A stretch of DNA of 32,000 nt, taken from assembly GCF_000039765.1 (NCBI RefSeq), contig NC_004460.2, forward strand, positions 390,001 to 422,000, written 5' to 3'. The notes beneath the pieces are model-generated. The model had not been told where the DNA came from, did not search any database, and saw only the letters and a program-made list of their open reading frames with translations. Position numbers and translations under genes: made by a program. Shown one piece after another: positions 17,942 through 27,911 of the stretch (positions within the stretch are counted from its first letter, which is position 1; each line of letters begins with the position of its first letter). The stretch is from Vibrio vulnificus CMCP6. Lineage in GTDB: Bacteria; Pseudomonadota; Gammaproteobacteria; Enterobacterales; Vibrionaceae.

Positions 17942-18619
17942 TTGAAACTGAGCAAACGCATTCAAGCTATCGCTGAAATGGTGAATCAAGAGTATGACCA
18001 TATTTGGGATTGCTGTTGTGATCATGGCTACCTTGGTTTTGAACTGCTACGACGCTCTCCAAGCACTACCGTGCACTTCGTTGACATCGTCCCAACACTG
18101 ACCGACAAAATCTCTCACACTCTTGCGCAATTTGGCGATGTACAGGCCGCGAATTGGCAAGTGCACTGCATGGACGTGGGTGATCTACCCCACGCCAAGC
18201 ACACTGGTAAACATTTGATGATCATAGCAGGCGTTGGTGGGGATCTGGCTTTAGATCTGGTTAAGCGTATTCAGGATAACCATCCACACTCAGAGTTGGA
18301 GTTTCTGCTCTGCCCTGTCCATCACCTTTACACTTTGCGAGACGCATTGCACGGTATGAACTTCCGGCTTATCGCGGAGCGACTGGTCGAAGACAATCGA
18401 CGCTTCTACGAAATCTTACACATCAGTAATGCTCCAGCAGTTACCACGCCAATCAGTGTCACTGGTGAACAGTTATGGCATGAGGCCGATTCGCGCTTGG
18501 CTGTACGCTACCAACAGAAAACCATTGCTCATTACGAACGATTAAAGCGTGGCCATGGCGAAGAGGTTGAGCGCATCATTCAGGCATATCAACAAGTTAA
18601 ACTTGCCCAGTCCCATTAG
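17942..18619 (+). CDS. trmK: tRNA (adenine(22)-N1)-methyltransferase TrmK
   Basis: LSKRIQAIAEMV...HIWDCCCDHGYLGFELLRR...VHFVDIVPTL...AGVGGDLALDLVKRI...FLLCPVHHLYTLRDALHG. Confidence 0.85.
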   Translation: MKLSKRIQAIAEMVNQEYDHIWDCCCDHGYLGFELLRRSPSTTVHFVDIVPTLTDKISHTLAQFGDVQAANWQVHCMDVGDLPHAKHTGKHLMIIAGVGGDLALDLVKRIQDNHPHSELEFLLCPVHHLYTLRDALHGMNFRLIAERLVEDNRRFYEILHISNAPAVTTPISVTGEQLWHEADSRLAVRYQQKTIAHYERLKRGHGEEVERIIQAYQQVKLAQSH

Positions 18620-18651
18620 TCCCAAAGAGAGTGCGTCGCGATTTGTCGCGC

Positions 18652-20616
18652 TCACTTAATTTGCTCAGGGGTGATCGCGCGATCACGTCCCAAACTTTTC
18701 GCTTGGTAAAGGCACATATCCGCGGTAACAAAGGCGTCAGAGCTGTTTTTCAACTCATTGAGACCGCAAGGTTCACTGGCCCCTACTGAAATAGTGATGT
18801 TGTAACTTTTCCCTTTCAATTGATAAGCGGAAGTCCGAATCGACTCCACCAGCTTTTGCAAACGTAAAGGAAGATCATCGTCATTTTTGAGTACCAGAAG
18901 AAACTCTTCACCACCCCAGCGTACAAACAACTCATCGGATGCCAACTGTTGTTTGATGCGTTTGGCGGTTTCAACGAGGACAAAATCCCCAATCTCATGA
19001 CCATGCGTATCGTTGATGGATTTAAACCAGTCAAGATCAACAAGGACAATTCGATAGAGATGGGCACGATTGAGCAGATTTGGTGTTTCAATTTCCCTTT
19101 GGAAGAAACGTCTATTGTTGGCCCCTGTCAGCGGGTCCACATAGGACAGCGTTTGCAAATGAAGGTTGTGCTTGCGAATAATGGCCATTCTGCGCACTCC
19201 CAAAAGCAAGAGTAACCCGACAATCACAATCCAAATCATTAGAATGCGCTGACGCTGCTCATTCAAACTACGCTCTAATTCGCGCAGTTGATTTTGCGCT
19301 TCGTATAGATCGCGCTCTTTCGCGACTTCTTGTACTTCAAAGGAGGTTTGTAGAGCGTGAACTTCGCCAATAATTTGCTGTTTCTCTTGGGCGTAATACT
19401 TCTTATAAAGGCTTAACGCTTCTGCATGCAGCCCTTTAGCTTCGAGAATGTTGGCCCGTAATAAATGGGCACGAATGGTCCAACGAGCATGTTGTAAATG
19501 TTCAAATGTGGCAATGGCACTATCCACTGCACTTTGCGCCGCATCCAACTGTTTACCCGCGAGATAGCTTTCCGCCTGAATATAAGTGCAAATGCCATTT
19601 TGCAAAGGATAGGTATTGTTTGCATCGAGCTTGACACAGGCAACAGCGACATCAATCGCACGTTCAAACTCTTCATCAAGCAAATACAGCCGAGCCTCAC
19701 TTTTGAGTTTCAAAATCCGATAATACGTCGAGGTGTTCTCGCCAAAATAACGTAAGGCCCTATCGTACGCGGCTTTGGCTTGCTCCTTTTGTTTAAGCTG
19801 TTGGTAAACAAACGACTGATTAAGCAATATCACCAGTTGGCGATTGGGCTGAGTCACACCGATCGATTCATAGAATGTTTCGGCCCGTTGGAGAAAATCC
19901 AATGCCTTATCCCACTGTTCTAAATGAACATAAAGCAGCCCCAAGTTGTTAAGATAACGGCCAATAAACGCGTTGTTAGGAAACCTTTCACTTAATTCTA
20001 ACCCTTGGTAAAACGCCAATTGTGAGCGCTTTAGTTGATTGGTGGCATTGTACAAGATACCCAAGGTGTTAAACCCTTCCAGTAACAGGAAATCAGCACC
20101 GTTTTCATTTGCCATCGCCATACCGTGCTCGACGTGCTTTAACCCCTCATCAAACTGGCCTTGCTTCAACTCTCGTCCCGCTTTTTCGATAATTAACTGG
20201 GCACTCAACCAAGCCATTTTTCGTTGAGACGCAAACTGCTCTAACTGGCCAGTTAACTGGTCAACTCGCTCTTGAGATTGTTGTGTTTTGGCGATTTCAC
20301 GTTTAATCAGCAAGGTATAAATATGCTCTAGATCCGCTCTTGCACTGTGATGCTTAGTTTCCCACTTTGTCCCCTTCTCCCATTCAGCGAGTAACGCTTG
20401 CGCTTTATCGGGTTCTATCTGAACCAATGGCATGATGTTGAGTAACGGATGATGAGCAGAAAAGGTTTTGAGCTGCTCTTCGGGGGAGGCTAACATTTTT
20501 ACCGAGCGGGTTTGGGGATATGAAGCCGTATCTTGATCAACAAACACGTCCCAAGTCACGATAGACAAAGCGAGAAGAAGTAAAATTAATAGAGAAAAAG
20601 CGAGCTTTTTGTGCAT
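18652..20616 (-). CDS. Membrane-anchored diguanylate cyclase with TPR-like sensor region and C-terminal GGDEF domain
   Basis: N-terminal TM segment, helical TPR-like repeats (ALDFLQRAETFYESIG...), second TM ILMIWIVIVGLLLLLGV, then DPLTGANNRRFFQREI...DLDWFKSINDTHGHEIGDFVL...ELFVRWGGEEFLLVLKND. Confidence 0.9.
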   Translation of the reverse strand: MHKKLAFSLLILLLLALSIVTWDVFVDQDTASYPQTRSVKMLASPEEQLKTFSAHHPLLNIMPLVQIEPDKAQALLAEWEKGTKWETKHHSARADLEHIYTLLIKREIAKTQQSQERVDQLTGQLEQFASQRKMAWLSAQLIIEKAGRELKQGQFDEGLKHVEHGMAMANENGADFLLLEGFNTLGILYNATNQLKRSQLAFYQGLELSERFPNNAFIGRYLNNLGLLYVHLEQWDKALDFLQRAETFYESIGVTQPNRQLVILLNQSFVYQQLKQKEQAKAAYDRALRYFGENTSTYYRILKLKSEARLYLLDEEFERAIDVAVACVKLDANNTYPLQNGICTYIQAESYLAGKQLDAAQSAVDSAIATFEHLQHARWTIRAHLLRANILEAKGLHAEALSLYKKYYAQEKQQIIGEVHALQTSFEVQEVAKERDLYEAQNQLRELERSLNEQRQRILMIWIVIVGLLLLLGVRRMAIIRKHNLHLQTLSYVDPLTGANNRRFFQREIETPNLLNRAHLYRIVLVDLDWFKSINDTHGHEIGDFVLVETAKRIKQQLASDELFVRWGGEEFLLVLKNDDDLPLRLQKLVESIRTSAYQLKGKSYNITISVGASEPCGLNELKNSSDAFVTADMCLYQAKSLGRDRAITPEQIK

Positions 20617-21024
20617 ATCAATGTCGACTCTCTTTGTCGGTTCACTACAACAGCCTCGATTTGTTTTTCATCAGATCGAATGGCGTAGATTCATTTGTCT
20701 AAAACTTCAAACACTTATCATATTCATTCAGGAAAACGATATCGTGGCTGCTGAAAATTACGGCGAAAGTAGCATACATTTAGTGATAAATCTCAAACTT
20801 TTGCCTAAATTGGTTACCCGATCAAAATAAACCAATGATTGACTTATCAATCATTTACTAAAAAAGCAAAGACTCAACCAAAATTATAACCAACTGTTTT
20901 AAAATATATTTTACTTAAAAAACTCAAAGTTACCTCTCATACTTTCTAAGCCATTTTGTGTTTGACGCCTTTTAAAAGCATTCCTACGGTTTATATGGCT
21001 AAACAGTAAAGCTAAGGGTGGCTT

Positions 21025-24000
21025 ATGAATAAAAACAAAATCGTTATGGCACTAGGACTCAGTGTCAGCGTTGGCCTATTGGGCTGTGGCGGGGGAAGTT
21101 CAAGCTCCTCTGGAGGAAGTTCTTCCAGCTCCTACTCTGTAACAGCAATCGATGGCTACTTACAAAATGCACAGGTTTGGTTGGACTTAAACAAGAACTT
21201 CATTTGGGATACCGGTGAACCAAAAGCGACCACTGGCGCCGGAGGTAAGGCGACCCTAGATGTTACAGGAGTAGATAACCCTGAAAGCTACCCGATCGTG
21301 GTAAAAGCAATCAAAGGGAAAACCGTAGACGAAGACACTGGTAACACGATCGCTACAGATTACGTCATGTCTGCCCCAGCTGGTGAACAAGATATTACCC
21401 CCCTCTCTACCATGGTTCATGTTTTACTCGAACGTGACGAAACCTTAACCAAAGATGAAGCAGTCCAAACCGTCGCCACTCAACTTGGCATCACGAGCGA
21501 TGACGTACTTGGTGACTATATTGAGGATAACGATGTAGAAGCCGCGTTCGGCGCGAAAACATTGGTTTCTTCTGGCGTATTACCGGAAACCCCAGAGGAG
21601 CTTGCATCAGAAGCCGATGAAGAGACCACTACCACGAGTACGTTTCTAACCGAAGCACAAACCGTCAATACCGAAACCAAAGAGCACATTGAAACCGAGA
21701 AATCAGCACTGGGCGAAGGTGAAGAGCTCAACCTCGATGACAAAGTGGGCACGTTTGACCCAGTAACGGGTACGGTCACATTCGAAGAGGATAGCGATGG
21801 TGACGGCGTTGCCAACAGTCAGGACTGGGCACCAGACAATAGCGAAGAATGGTTAGACAGTGATGGTGATGATATTGGTGATAACGCCGATACGGATGAT
21901 GACAACGACGGCACGCTCGATGTCGATGACGCTTTCCCGTTTGACGCAGAGGAAACAACAGATACAGATGACGATGGAATTGGCAACAATACCGATACCG
22001 ACGATGACAACGATGGCACCCTCGATACTGACGATGCGTTCCCGTTGAACCCTGAAGAAACCGTCGACACCGATAAAGATGGTGTTGGTAATAACGCCGA
22101 CACTGACGATGATAATGATGGCGCACTTGATGGTGACGACGCGTTCCCGCTCAATCCTGAGGAAACGACCGATACGGATAAAGATGGCATCGGCAATAAT
22201 GCGGACACCGACGATGACAACGACGGTATCTTAGACGTCGATGACAGCAACCCAACCGTGCCTGATCTCAATCCAATAGAACAAGTTATCCAGTTTATGC
22301 AAAACAACTCTATGTTCTACGCACTATGGGCGGATCATGAGTACAACGATGCTACTGGCACTGAAAGCGTTGAAATTTATGTTGAGAAATTCACCTTGGC
22401 AAACAACATAGGTACGGTAACCGAAGCATATCAAATGTTGCCTGATGGTCGTAAAGTCGCCGACGAGCCTGATGCCAACGATGAAGACGATATTGTATTG
22501 GGTCCAAATGGGTGGCAAACATTCAACGACACTTACGCTATCGCCATCAACAGTGATGCGGTTTCGGTGTATCCGGAAGAGGTTCCAAGCCTAACAAACA
22601 CTGCTTATGGTTACGTTAAAGACCTAAGTGGCCTCAACATGGCTGAGCACTCTGGTGAACTCGGTGATTATGTAGACGCAGACGCTGTGTTCCCAGAAGG
22701 AGCCGAAGGGGGCATCGTTAAACTGACTGCTGACGTTGACCAATACTTCCTCTGGTTCAAACCTTGGTTCTGGAGAGCATCCGGCAATACGAGTGACGAT
22801 GGGCATAACGCCACCAACCTAACGGAAATTCAAGTCGCACCAGCGGACATTTCTCAAACGGGTGACGATGTACATACCGCGAAAGGCATTTCAATTGGCA
22901 TGCACGTTGGTGTCCAGTTTGTCACTGATGGTACGACGCGTTTTATGACGCTTGATTGGTGGAACGAAAGTACCCAGCAACCCGGAACGGTCACCATTAA
23001 CGGCACTGGCACTTGGAGTCAAGTGGTTGTGAATGGTGAAACCATCATTCGCTATAGCGTGCCGGATAGTGTGGTCGAAGCATGGGGCGAAGTTTGGGAT
23101 AACGACTCACAACAACTCATTCTCTCTGTGTACGGTGGGATTGTTCATAGCGGCGACTATCTACTTGCCGGGCAAAGTGAAGAAGATGATGAGGGCTACC
23201 TACTGAACGAAACCGCGAAAGAAGCCTTGATTGGTGCGGTTAATCTACCCGGTTGGTGTCCGATCACCGAAGTCGCCTCTGGTGCAACCCTTGCGGATTT
23301 CCAAGCGCAAATCGCCGACTGTCAGTTACCCGTGATGGATCCTGAAGGTGCGGTACTTTATCGCGTCAATAGCAGTGGGGAAACGCGAGTCCAAGCGTAT
23401 GCCGCCAACAACGAAGCATTACGCTTCAAAAATGGTACGCCAAGCACGAAATATTGGATGGTAAACCAAGAAGGCACGCTTGAGTTTGGCGACGACGCTC
23501 AGAATATCTGGGATTACAAACGCGCTATCATGGATGTGGATGAAGACGGCATTCTCTCCATGGCAACGTTTGATCCAGAAACGGGTGAAATCTCACTTGG
23601 TCTCTATCAAGAAGTGGATCTCAGCCAACCATTCACCTATTGCGAAACCTCCAATAGTGACTGGGATGAGGTGAACGAAGTACCAACCACCTTCTTCTCC
23701 TTCAACACCTACGCTGATGCACTGAAAGGTTGTGTGGATGATACCGCCTATCGCGCGGCTAAATTCACCTCCACTTTCATTGGTGAACAATTGGTGATGA
23801 AAGATGAAGATGGCACAATCACGTTCTTAGCCAATAACACGGGTACATTTGTCAGCACAGATGAAAATATCCAGTTTACTTGGACAGAACATGACGCTGA
23901 AAATGGCATCATAGCCTTGAGCTACTCCTTCGTTGACGATAACCAAGTGGCACAAAACAATACCACCTACATGGGCTTTGCCTACAGCAATGGTATTCAG

Positions 24001-24147
24001 TTTAACGTCAAAGGTTTTACTGTCTCGACAGAGTGGAATGGCAACACCATTGATTCTCAAGGTGAGATTTGGGACGGGCTCTTTATCCACCCTGAATCTG
24101 AGCAAACACTGATTAACTACGGTTTTATTGAGGCTCCCACGCCGTAG
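21025..24147 (+). CDS. Large lipoprotein with thrombospondin type 3-like calcium-binding repeats and a C-terminal region of unknown function
   Basis: MNKNKIVMALGLSVSVGLLGCGGGSSSSS (lipobox LLGC plus Ser/Gly linker). Asp-rich DSDGDGVANSQD and DTDKDGVGNNADTDDDNDG repeats. About 620 aa follow with no family I recognise. Confidence 0.85.
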   Translation: MNKNKIVMALGLSVSVGLLGCGGGSSSSSGGSSSSSYSVTAIDGYLQNAQVWLDLNKNFIWDTGEPKATTGAGGKATLDVTGVDNPESYPIVVKAIKGKTVDEDTGNTIATDYVMSAPAGEQDITPLSTMVHVLLERDETLTKDEAVQTVATQLGITSDDVLGDYIEDNDVEAAFGAKTLVSSGVLPETPEELASEADEETTTTSTFLTEAQTVNTETKEHIETEKSALGEGEELNLDDKVGTFDPVTGTVTFEEDSDGDGVANSQDWAPDNSEEWLDSDGDDIGDNADTDDDNDGTLDVDDAFPFDAEETTDTDDDGIGNNTDTDDDNDGTLDTDDAFPLNPEETVDTDKDGVGNNADTDDDNDGALDGDDAFPLNPEETTDTDKDGIGNNADTDDDNDGILDVDDSNPTVPDLNPIEQVIQFMQNNSMFYALWADHEYNDATGTESVEIYVEKFTLANNIGTVTEAYQMLPDGRKVADEPDANDEDDIVLGPNGWQTFNDTYAIAINSDAVSVYPEEVPSLTNTAYGYVKDLSGLNMAEHSGELGDYVDADAVFPEGAEGGIVKLTADVDQYFLWFKPWFWRASGNTSDDGHNATNLTEIQVAPADISQTGDDVHTAKGISIGMHVGVQFVTDGTTRFMTLDWWNESTQQPGTVTINGTGTWSQVVVNGETIIRYSVPDSVVEAWGEVWDNDSQQLILSVYGGIVHSGDYLLAGQSEEDDEGYLLNETAKEALIGAVNLPGWCPITEVASGATLADFQAQIADCQLPVMDPEGAVLYRVNSSGETRVQAYAANNEALRFKNGTPSTKYWMVNQEGTLEFGDDAQNIWDYKRAIMDVDEDGILSMATFDPETGEISLGLYQEVDLSQPFTYCETSNSDWDEVNEVPTTFFSFNTYADALKGCVDDTAYRAAKFTSTFIGEQLVMKDEDGTITFLANNTGTFVSTDENIQFTWTEHDAENGIIALSYSFVDDNQVAQNNTTYMGFAYSNGIQFNVKGFTVSTEWNGNTIDSQGEIWDGLFIHPESEQTLINYGFIEAPTP
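21844..22263 (+). repeat. Four tandem 105-bp (35-aa) repeats within the lipoprotein gene
   Basis: EEWLDSDGDDIGDNADTDDDNDGTLDVDDAFPFDA / EETTDTDDDGIGNNTDTDDDNDGTLDTDDAFPLNP / EETVDTDKDGVGNNADTDDDNDGALDGDDAFPLNP / EETTDTDKDGIGNNADTDDDNDGILDVDDSNPTVP, starting at 21844, 21949, 22054 and 22159. Confidence 0.93.
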
Positions 24148-24172
24148 TTGAACGTTGTCCAGCAGATAAACC

Positions 24173-24198
24173 AAGGCCAAGTTTTCACTTGGCCTTTT
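24173..24198. terminator. Bidirectional terminator between the lipoprotein gene and nirD
   Basis: AAGGCCAAGTTTTCACTTGGCCTTTT inverted repeat. Confidence 0.82.
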
Positions 24199-24236
24199 TA
24201 ATCTCTTTTGGTTGTCGTTTTCGGTTGTTCAGAGCA

Positions 24237-24560
24237 CTAGCCTAGAACGTAAACGGCGTCGTTTTCCACCAGCACTGGCCATGTCGTTAATTTGACCGAT
24301 TCATCTTCAAAGCACTTACCTGTTTTTAAGCAAAAATGCTGTTTATACAACGGAGAGGCAACGCAGAGCTCACCTTGGATATCCCCGACAATGCCGCGAC
24401 TTAATACAAAAGCTTTGCCAATCGGGTCCCAGTTTTGTATCGCAAACACCCCCTCCTTAGGCACATAAAACATCGCCAATTGCTCATCATCCAATAACAC
24501 AGGATGGCCATGGTCACTTTTCAGTTCATTGAGATGGCAGATAAATTGTTTAGTTTGCAT
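24237..24560 (-). CDS. nirD: Nitrite reductase (NAD(P)H) small subunit
   Basis: 107 aa, immediately downstream of nirB. Rieske-like fold lacking Fe-S ligands: FYVPKEGVFAIQNWDPIGKAFVLSRGIVGDIQGELCVASPLYKQHFCLKTGKCFEDE. Confidence 0.93.
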   Translation of the reverse strand: MQTKQFICHLNELKSDHGHPVLLDDEQLAMFYVPKEGVFAIQNWDPIGKAFVLSRGIVGDIQGELCVASPLYKQHFCLKTGKCFEDESVKLTTWPVLVENDAVYVLG

Positions 24561-24563
24561 CGC

Positions 24564-27047
24564 TTAATCCTCCAGTTTGACAGGGATACGCTGGCCACGC
24601 GTACGTTGGTAGCCCAATAGCGTGCTCTGCTGGGTTGAGTTAATGAACGGTCTGAAACGCATCAATTTTTCAGGATTGGTTAAGGTTTGCTTCCACTCAC
24701 AGTGATACGTGTCCACGACATGCGCCATTTGCTGCTCAAGTTGCTCACACAGATGGAGCGAATCGTCCAGAACGACGCTTTTGAGATAATCCAATCCGCC
24801 ATCAAGATTCTCCAACCACACGGAGGTGCGTTGCAAACGATCCGCCGTGCGCACGTAAAACATCAACACACGGTCGATCAGCCTAATCAGCTCTGCTTTA
24901 CTCAAATCAGCCGCTAACAGGTCGGCATGTCTTGGGCGCATGCCACCGTTACCACACACATACAAATTCCAGCCTTTTTCTGTCGCGATCACGCCTATGT
25001 CTTTGCTTTGCGCTTCAGCACATTCACGCGTACACCCTGATACGGCAAACTTCAGCTTATGCGGCGCTCGCAGCCCTTTGTAACGATTCTCAAGTTCAAT
25101 GGCTAGACCCACTGAATCATCCACGCCATAACGACACCAGGTTGAACCGACACAAGATTTCACCGTGCGTACGGATTTGCCGTAAGCATGGCCGGTTTCA
25201 AATCCAGCATCGATCAGGGTTTGCCAAATCTCCGGTAACTGCTCCACCTGAGCACCAAACAGGTCAACGCGTTGACCTCCGGTGATTTTGGTGTAGAGAT
25301 CGTACTGGCGAGCCACCTCCCCTAACACGATGAGCTTCTCTGGGGTGATCTCGCCACCAGGGATACGGGGCACAATAGAGTAAGAACCGTCTTTTTGCAG
25401 ATTGGCCATAAACGCATCGTTGGAATCCTGCAAAGGTGAATGTTCCGGCTCCATGATGTGCTCATTCCATAATGACGAGAAAATCGACCCTGCGGTGGGC
25501 TTGCATATGTCGCAACCATGCCCCTTACCGTGCTTCGCCAACAAACTACCGAAATCGCGAATTTTCTCGACTTGGCATATGTGGTAAAGCGCCTGCCGCG
25601 TTTGGCTAAAGTGCTCACAAAGCTGGGTATTCACTTCTAAGCCCATCACGCTCAGTTGCTGATCAAGCACCGATTTGACCATGGCACTGCAACCGCCACA
25701 CCCGCTGCCGGCTTTGGTCAGCGCTTTTAACTCGCCAAGCTCATGCGCTCCCGCCTGAATCGCACTGATCAGATCGCCTTTGGTAACGTTGTGGCATGAA
25801 CAGATCACCGTGTTGTCACTGACATCCCCTTTTAGCGCACTGGTGTCAAACAGCAAACTGACCGCAGGCTGCGGCAGCGGGGTTTTATTCAAGTAGCTTT
25901 GCAGCAGCACATCATAGTCTTGGTTGTCGCCGATTAAGATCGCGCCCAGCAAGGTGGTGCCGCTTTGATCCACCACCAATTTTTTGTAGATGCCGGCAGC
26001 CGCATCATGCAGTACCATTTCCGTCGCCTTCGGTGTGGCTTTATGCGCATCACCTATCGACGCCACATCTACCCCCAATAATTTGAGCTTGGTGCTCATG
26101 TCTGCGCCGCTAAACTCAGCCTCGCTGCCCCCTCTCAGTTGCTGCGCCACTACTCGCGCCATCGCATATCCAGGTGCCACCAAGCCGAAGATTTTTCCTT
26201 GCCACAGCGCACACTCGCCAATGGCGTAAATCGCGGTATCACTGGTTTGACAAGCGTTATTGATCACGATGCCACCGCGCTCACCCAGCTCAAGGCCACA
26301 ATCGCGAGCCAGTTGGTCTCTCGGTCGAATGCCCGCCGAGAACACGATCACATCCACTTCCAGCGGCGGGGCATCTTTAAACACCATGCGATGGTAAGCC
26401 GTTTCACCATCAATGATTTTTTCGGTGGCGGTTGAGGTATGCACCGTTAAGCCAAGTTGCTCAATTTTGCTTTTCAGCACCGCGCCTGCACCCTCATCAA
26501 GCTGGACTGGCATTAAGCGTGGTGCAAATTCAACGACATGCGTTTCTAAGCCAAGCAGCCTTAAAGCATTTGCCGCCTCCAAACCGAGTAACCCTCCCCC
26601 AACCACGGCACCTTTCTTCGCACCAAGACAGGCTTGCTTAATCTGCGACAGATCATCCAAGGTTCGGTAGACAAACACCTTGCTGCGCTCGCTTCCTGCC
26701 ATCGGGGGCACAAATGGGTAAGAGCCGGTGGCAAACACCAATTGGTCATAACTCAGTTGGCTTTCATCTTCCAATGTGACTCTTTTGCTTTGTCGGTCAA
26801 TGCCCACCACCGCAACGCCCAATATCAGCTCAATGCCATGCTTCTGATACCACTCTTCACTGCTGAGTAATAAGTCTTGGTGGCTTTGTCCTGAAAACAT
26901 CGCCGAGAGGTGAACGCGGTCATAGGCGACAAATCGCTCTTCCCCAATCACGATAATTCTTTTTTCTAAATGGCTGCCACTGGCGACGAGCTGCTCTACC
27001 AGTTGATGACCTACCATGCCATTGCCAATGATCACTATGCTTTCCAT
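24564..27047 (-). CDS. nirB: Assimilatory nitrite reductase (NAD(P)H) large subunit
   Basis: FAD/NAD binding (VIIGNGMVGHQLVEQL, GAVVGGGLLGLEAA), BFD-like 2Fe-2S (CSCHNVTKGDL...KAGSGCGGC), and siroheme/4Fe-4S C-terminus (CVGSTWCRYG...KFAVSGCTRECAEAQSKDIG). Confidence 0.96.
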   Translation of the reverse strand: MESIVIIGNGMVGHQLVEQLVASGSHLEKRIIVIGEERFVAYDRVHLSAMFSGQSHQDLLLSSEEWYQKHGIELILGVAVVGIDRQSKRVTLEDESQLSYDQLVFATGSYPFVPPMAGSERSKVFVYRTLDDLSQIKQACLGAKKGAVVGGGLLGLEAANALRLLGLETHVVEFAPRLMPVQLDEGAGAVLKSKIEQLGLTVHTSTATEKIIDGETAYHRMVFKDAPPLEVDVIVFSAGIRPRDQLARDCGLELGERGGIVINNACQTSDTAIYAIGECALWQGKIFGLVAPGYAMARVVAQQLRGGSEAEFSGADMSTKLKLLGVDVASIGDAHKATPKATEMVLHDAAAGIYKKLVVDQSGTTLLGAILIGDNQDYDVLLQSYLNKTPLPQPAVSLLFDTSALKGDVSDNTVICSCHNVTKGDLISAIQAGAHELGELKALTKAGSGCGGCSAMVKSVLDQQLSVMGLEVNTQLCEHFSQTRQALYHICQVEKIRDFGSLLAKHGKGHGCDICKPTAGSIFSSLWNEHIMEPEHSPLQDSNDAFMANLQKDGSYSIVPRIPGGEITPEKLIVLGEVARQYDLYTKITGGQRVDLFGAQVEQLPEIWQTLIDAGFETGHAYGKSVRTVKSCVGSTWCRYGVDDSVGLAIELENRYKGLRAPHKLKFAVSGCTRECAEAQSKDIGVIATEKGWNLYVCGNGGMRPRHADLLAADLSKAELIRLIDRVLMFYVRTADRLQRTSVWLENLDGGLDYLKSVVLDDSLHLCEQLEQQMAHVVDTYHCEWKQTLTNPEKLMRFRPFINSTQQSTLLGYQRTRGQRIPVKLED

Positions 27048-27057
27048 GCGTTTGTCC

Positions 27058-27900
27058 TCAGGCTGTTTTTATCGGTTTTGCTTGCGAGTGTTGAGCGGTG
27101 CGCGCCGTTGCCGCTTCGCCTTTGCTTTGCTTCTCGTATAAGAATCTCAACACGGCTTGGCGATAGTGTTGGTATTGCGGGTCGTCCGCCAAAGCGACGC
27201 GATCACGTGGTCTTGGCAACTCAATCGGGAGAATTTCACCAATCGTCGCCGCAGGGCCATTGGTCATCATGACAATTTTGTCGGAAAGCAAAACCGCTTC
27301 ATCGACATCGTGCGTAATCATGATCACCGTGTTGTTGAGCTCGGCTTGAATGGCCATCAGAGCATCTTGCAATCGCGCGCGAGTCAGCGCATCCAAAGCG
27401 CCAAACGGCTCATCCATCAGCAGCACTTTAGGTTGTAAGGCCAACGCTCGGGCAATGCCCACCCGCTGTTTCATACCGCCTGAGATTTCATCCGGTTTTT
27501 TATCGGCGGCATGCGCCATTTGAATCAAATCCAAATAGTGGTGCACTTGCTCTTTCACCCACGCTTTGCTCTGGCCTTGGGCAATCTGCTTAACGGCCAA
27601 CTCAACGTTTTGATAAACGGTTAACCAAGGCAACAGCGAATGATTTTGGAACACCACCGCGCGCTCAGGCCCCGGGCCACTCACTTCTCTACCATCGACA
27701 ATCACACCACCATCGGTCGGCAGATGCAGCCCAGCGACCAAGTTCAGCACGGTTGATTTTCCACAGCCAGAATGGCCAATCAGTGAAATGAACTCCCCTT
27801 TTTGGATCTGCATATCGACGTTTTTCAGCGCGATAAACTCCCCTTGAGGGGTAGGAAAGCGCATCCCAAGTTGCGTCAGTTCTAAAAACGATTTAGACAT
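27058..27900 (-). CDS. nrtD: Nitrate/nitrite ABC transporter, ATP-binding protein
   Basis: LIGHSGCGKSTVLNLVAG (Walker A), SGGMKQRVGIARALALQPKVLLMDEPFGALD. The start is set at the ATG at 27900 (MSKSFLELTQLG); the ORF-track start at 27957 overlaps nrtB. Confidence 0.88.
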   Translation of the reverse strand: MSKSFLELTQLGMRFPTPQGEFIALKNVDMQIQKGEFISLIGHSGCGKSTVLNLVAGLHLPTDGGVIVDGREVSGPGPERAVVFQNHSLLPWLTVYQNVELAVKQIAQGQSKAWVKEQVHHYLDLIQMAHAADKKPDEISGGMKQRVGIARALALQPKVLLMDEPFGALDALTRARLQDALMAIQAELNNTVIMITHDVDEAVLLSDKIVMMTNGPAATIGEILPIELPRPRDRVALADDPQYQHYRQAVLRFLYEKQSKGEAATARTAQHSQAKPIKTA

Positions 27901-27911
27901 AGTGCCGACTC

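Noticed and set aside
20609-20830. 73-aa ORF upstream of the lipoprotein gene
   Set aside because: Antisense overlap with the start of the TPR-GGDEF gene, no RBS and no family resemblance.
21776-22307. Antisense ORFs 21776..22126- and 21819..22307- (SSSVSVLLPIPSSSVS... and RHHYHRQCRR...)
   Set aside because: Mirror translations of the Asp-rich 105-bp repeats on the opposite strand. Periodicity comes from the sense gene.
24932-26870. Several plus-strand ORFs of 60-117 aa over nirB
   Set aside because: All overlap the high-confidence nirB coding frame and have the Arg/His/Pro-rich composition typical of antisense frames.
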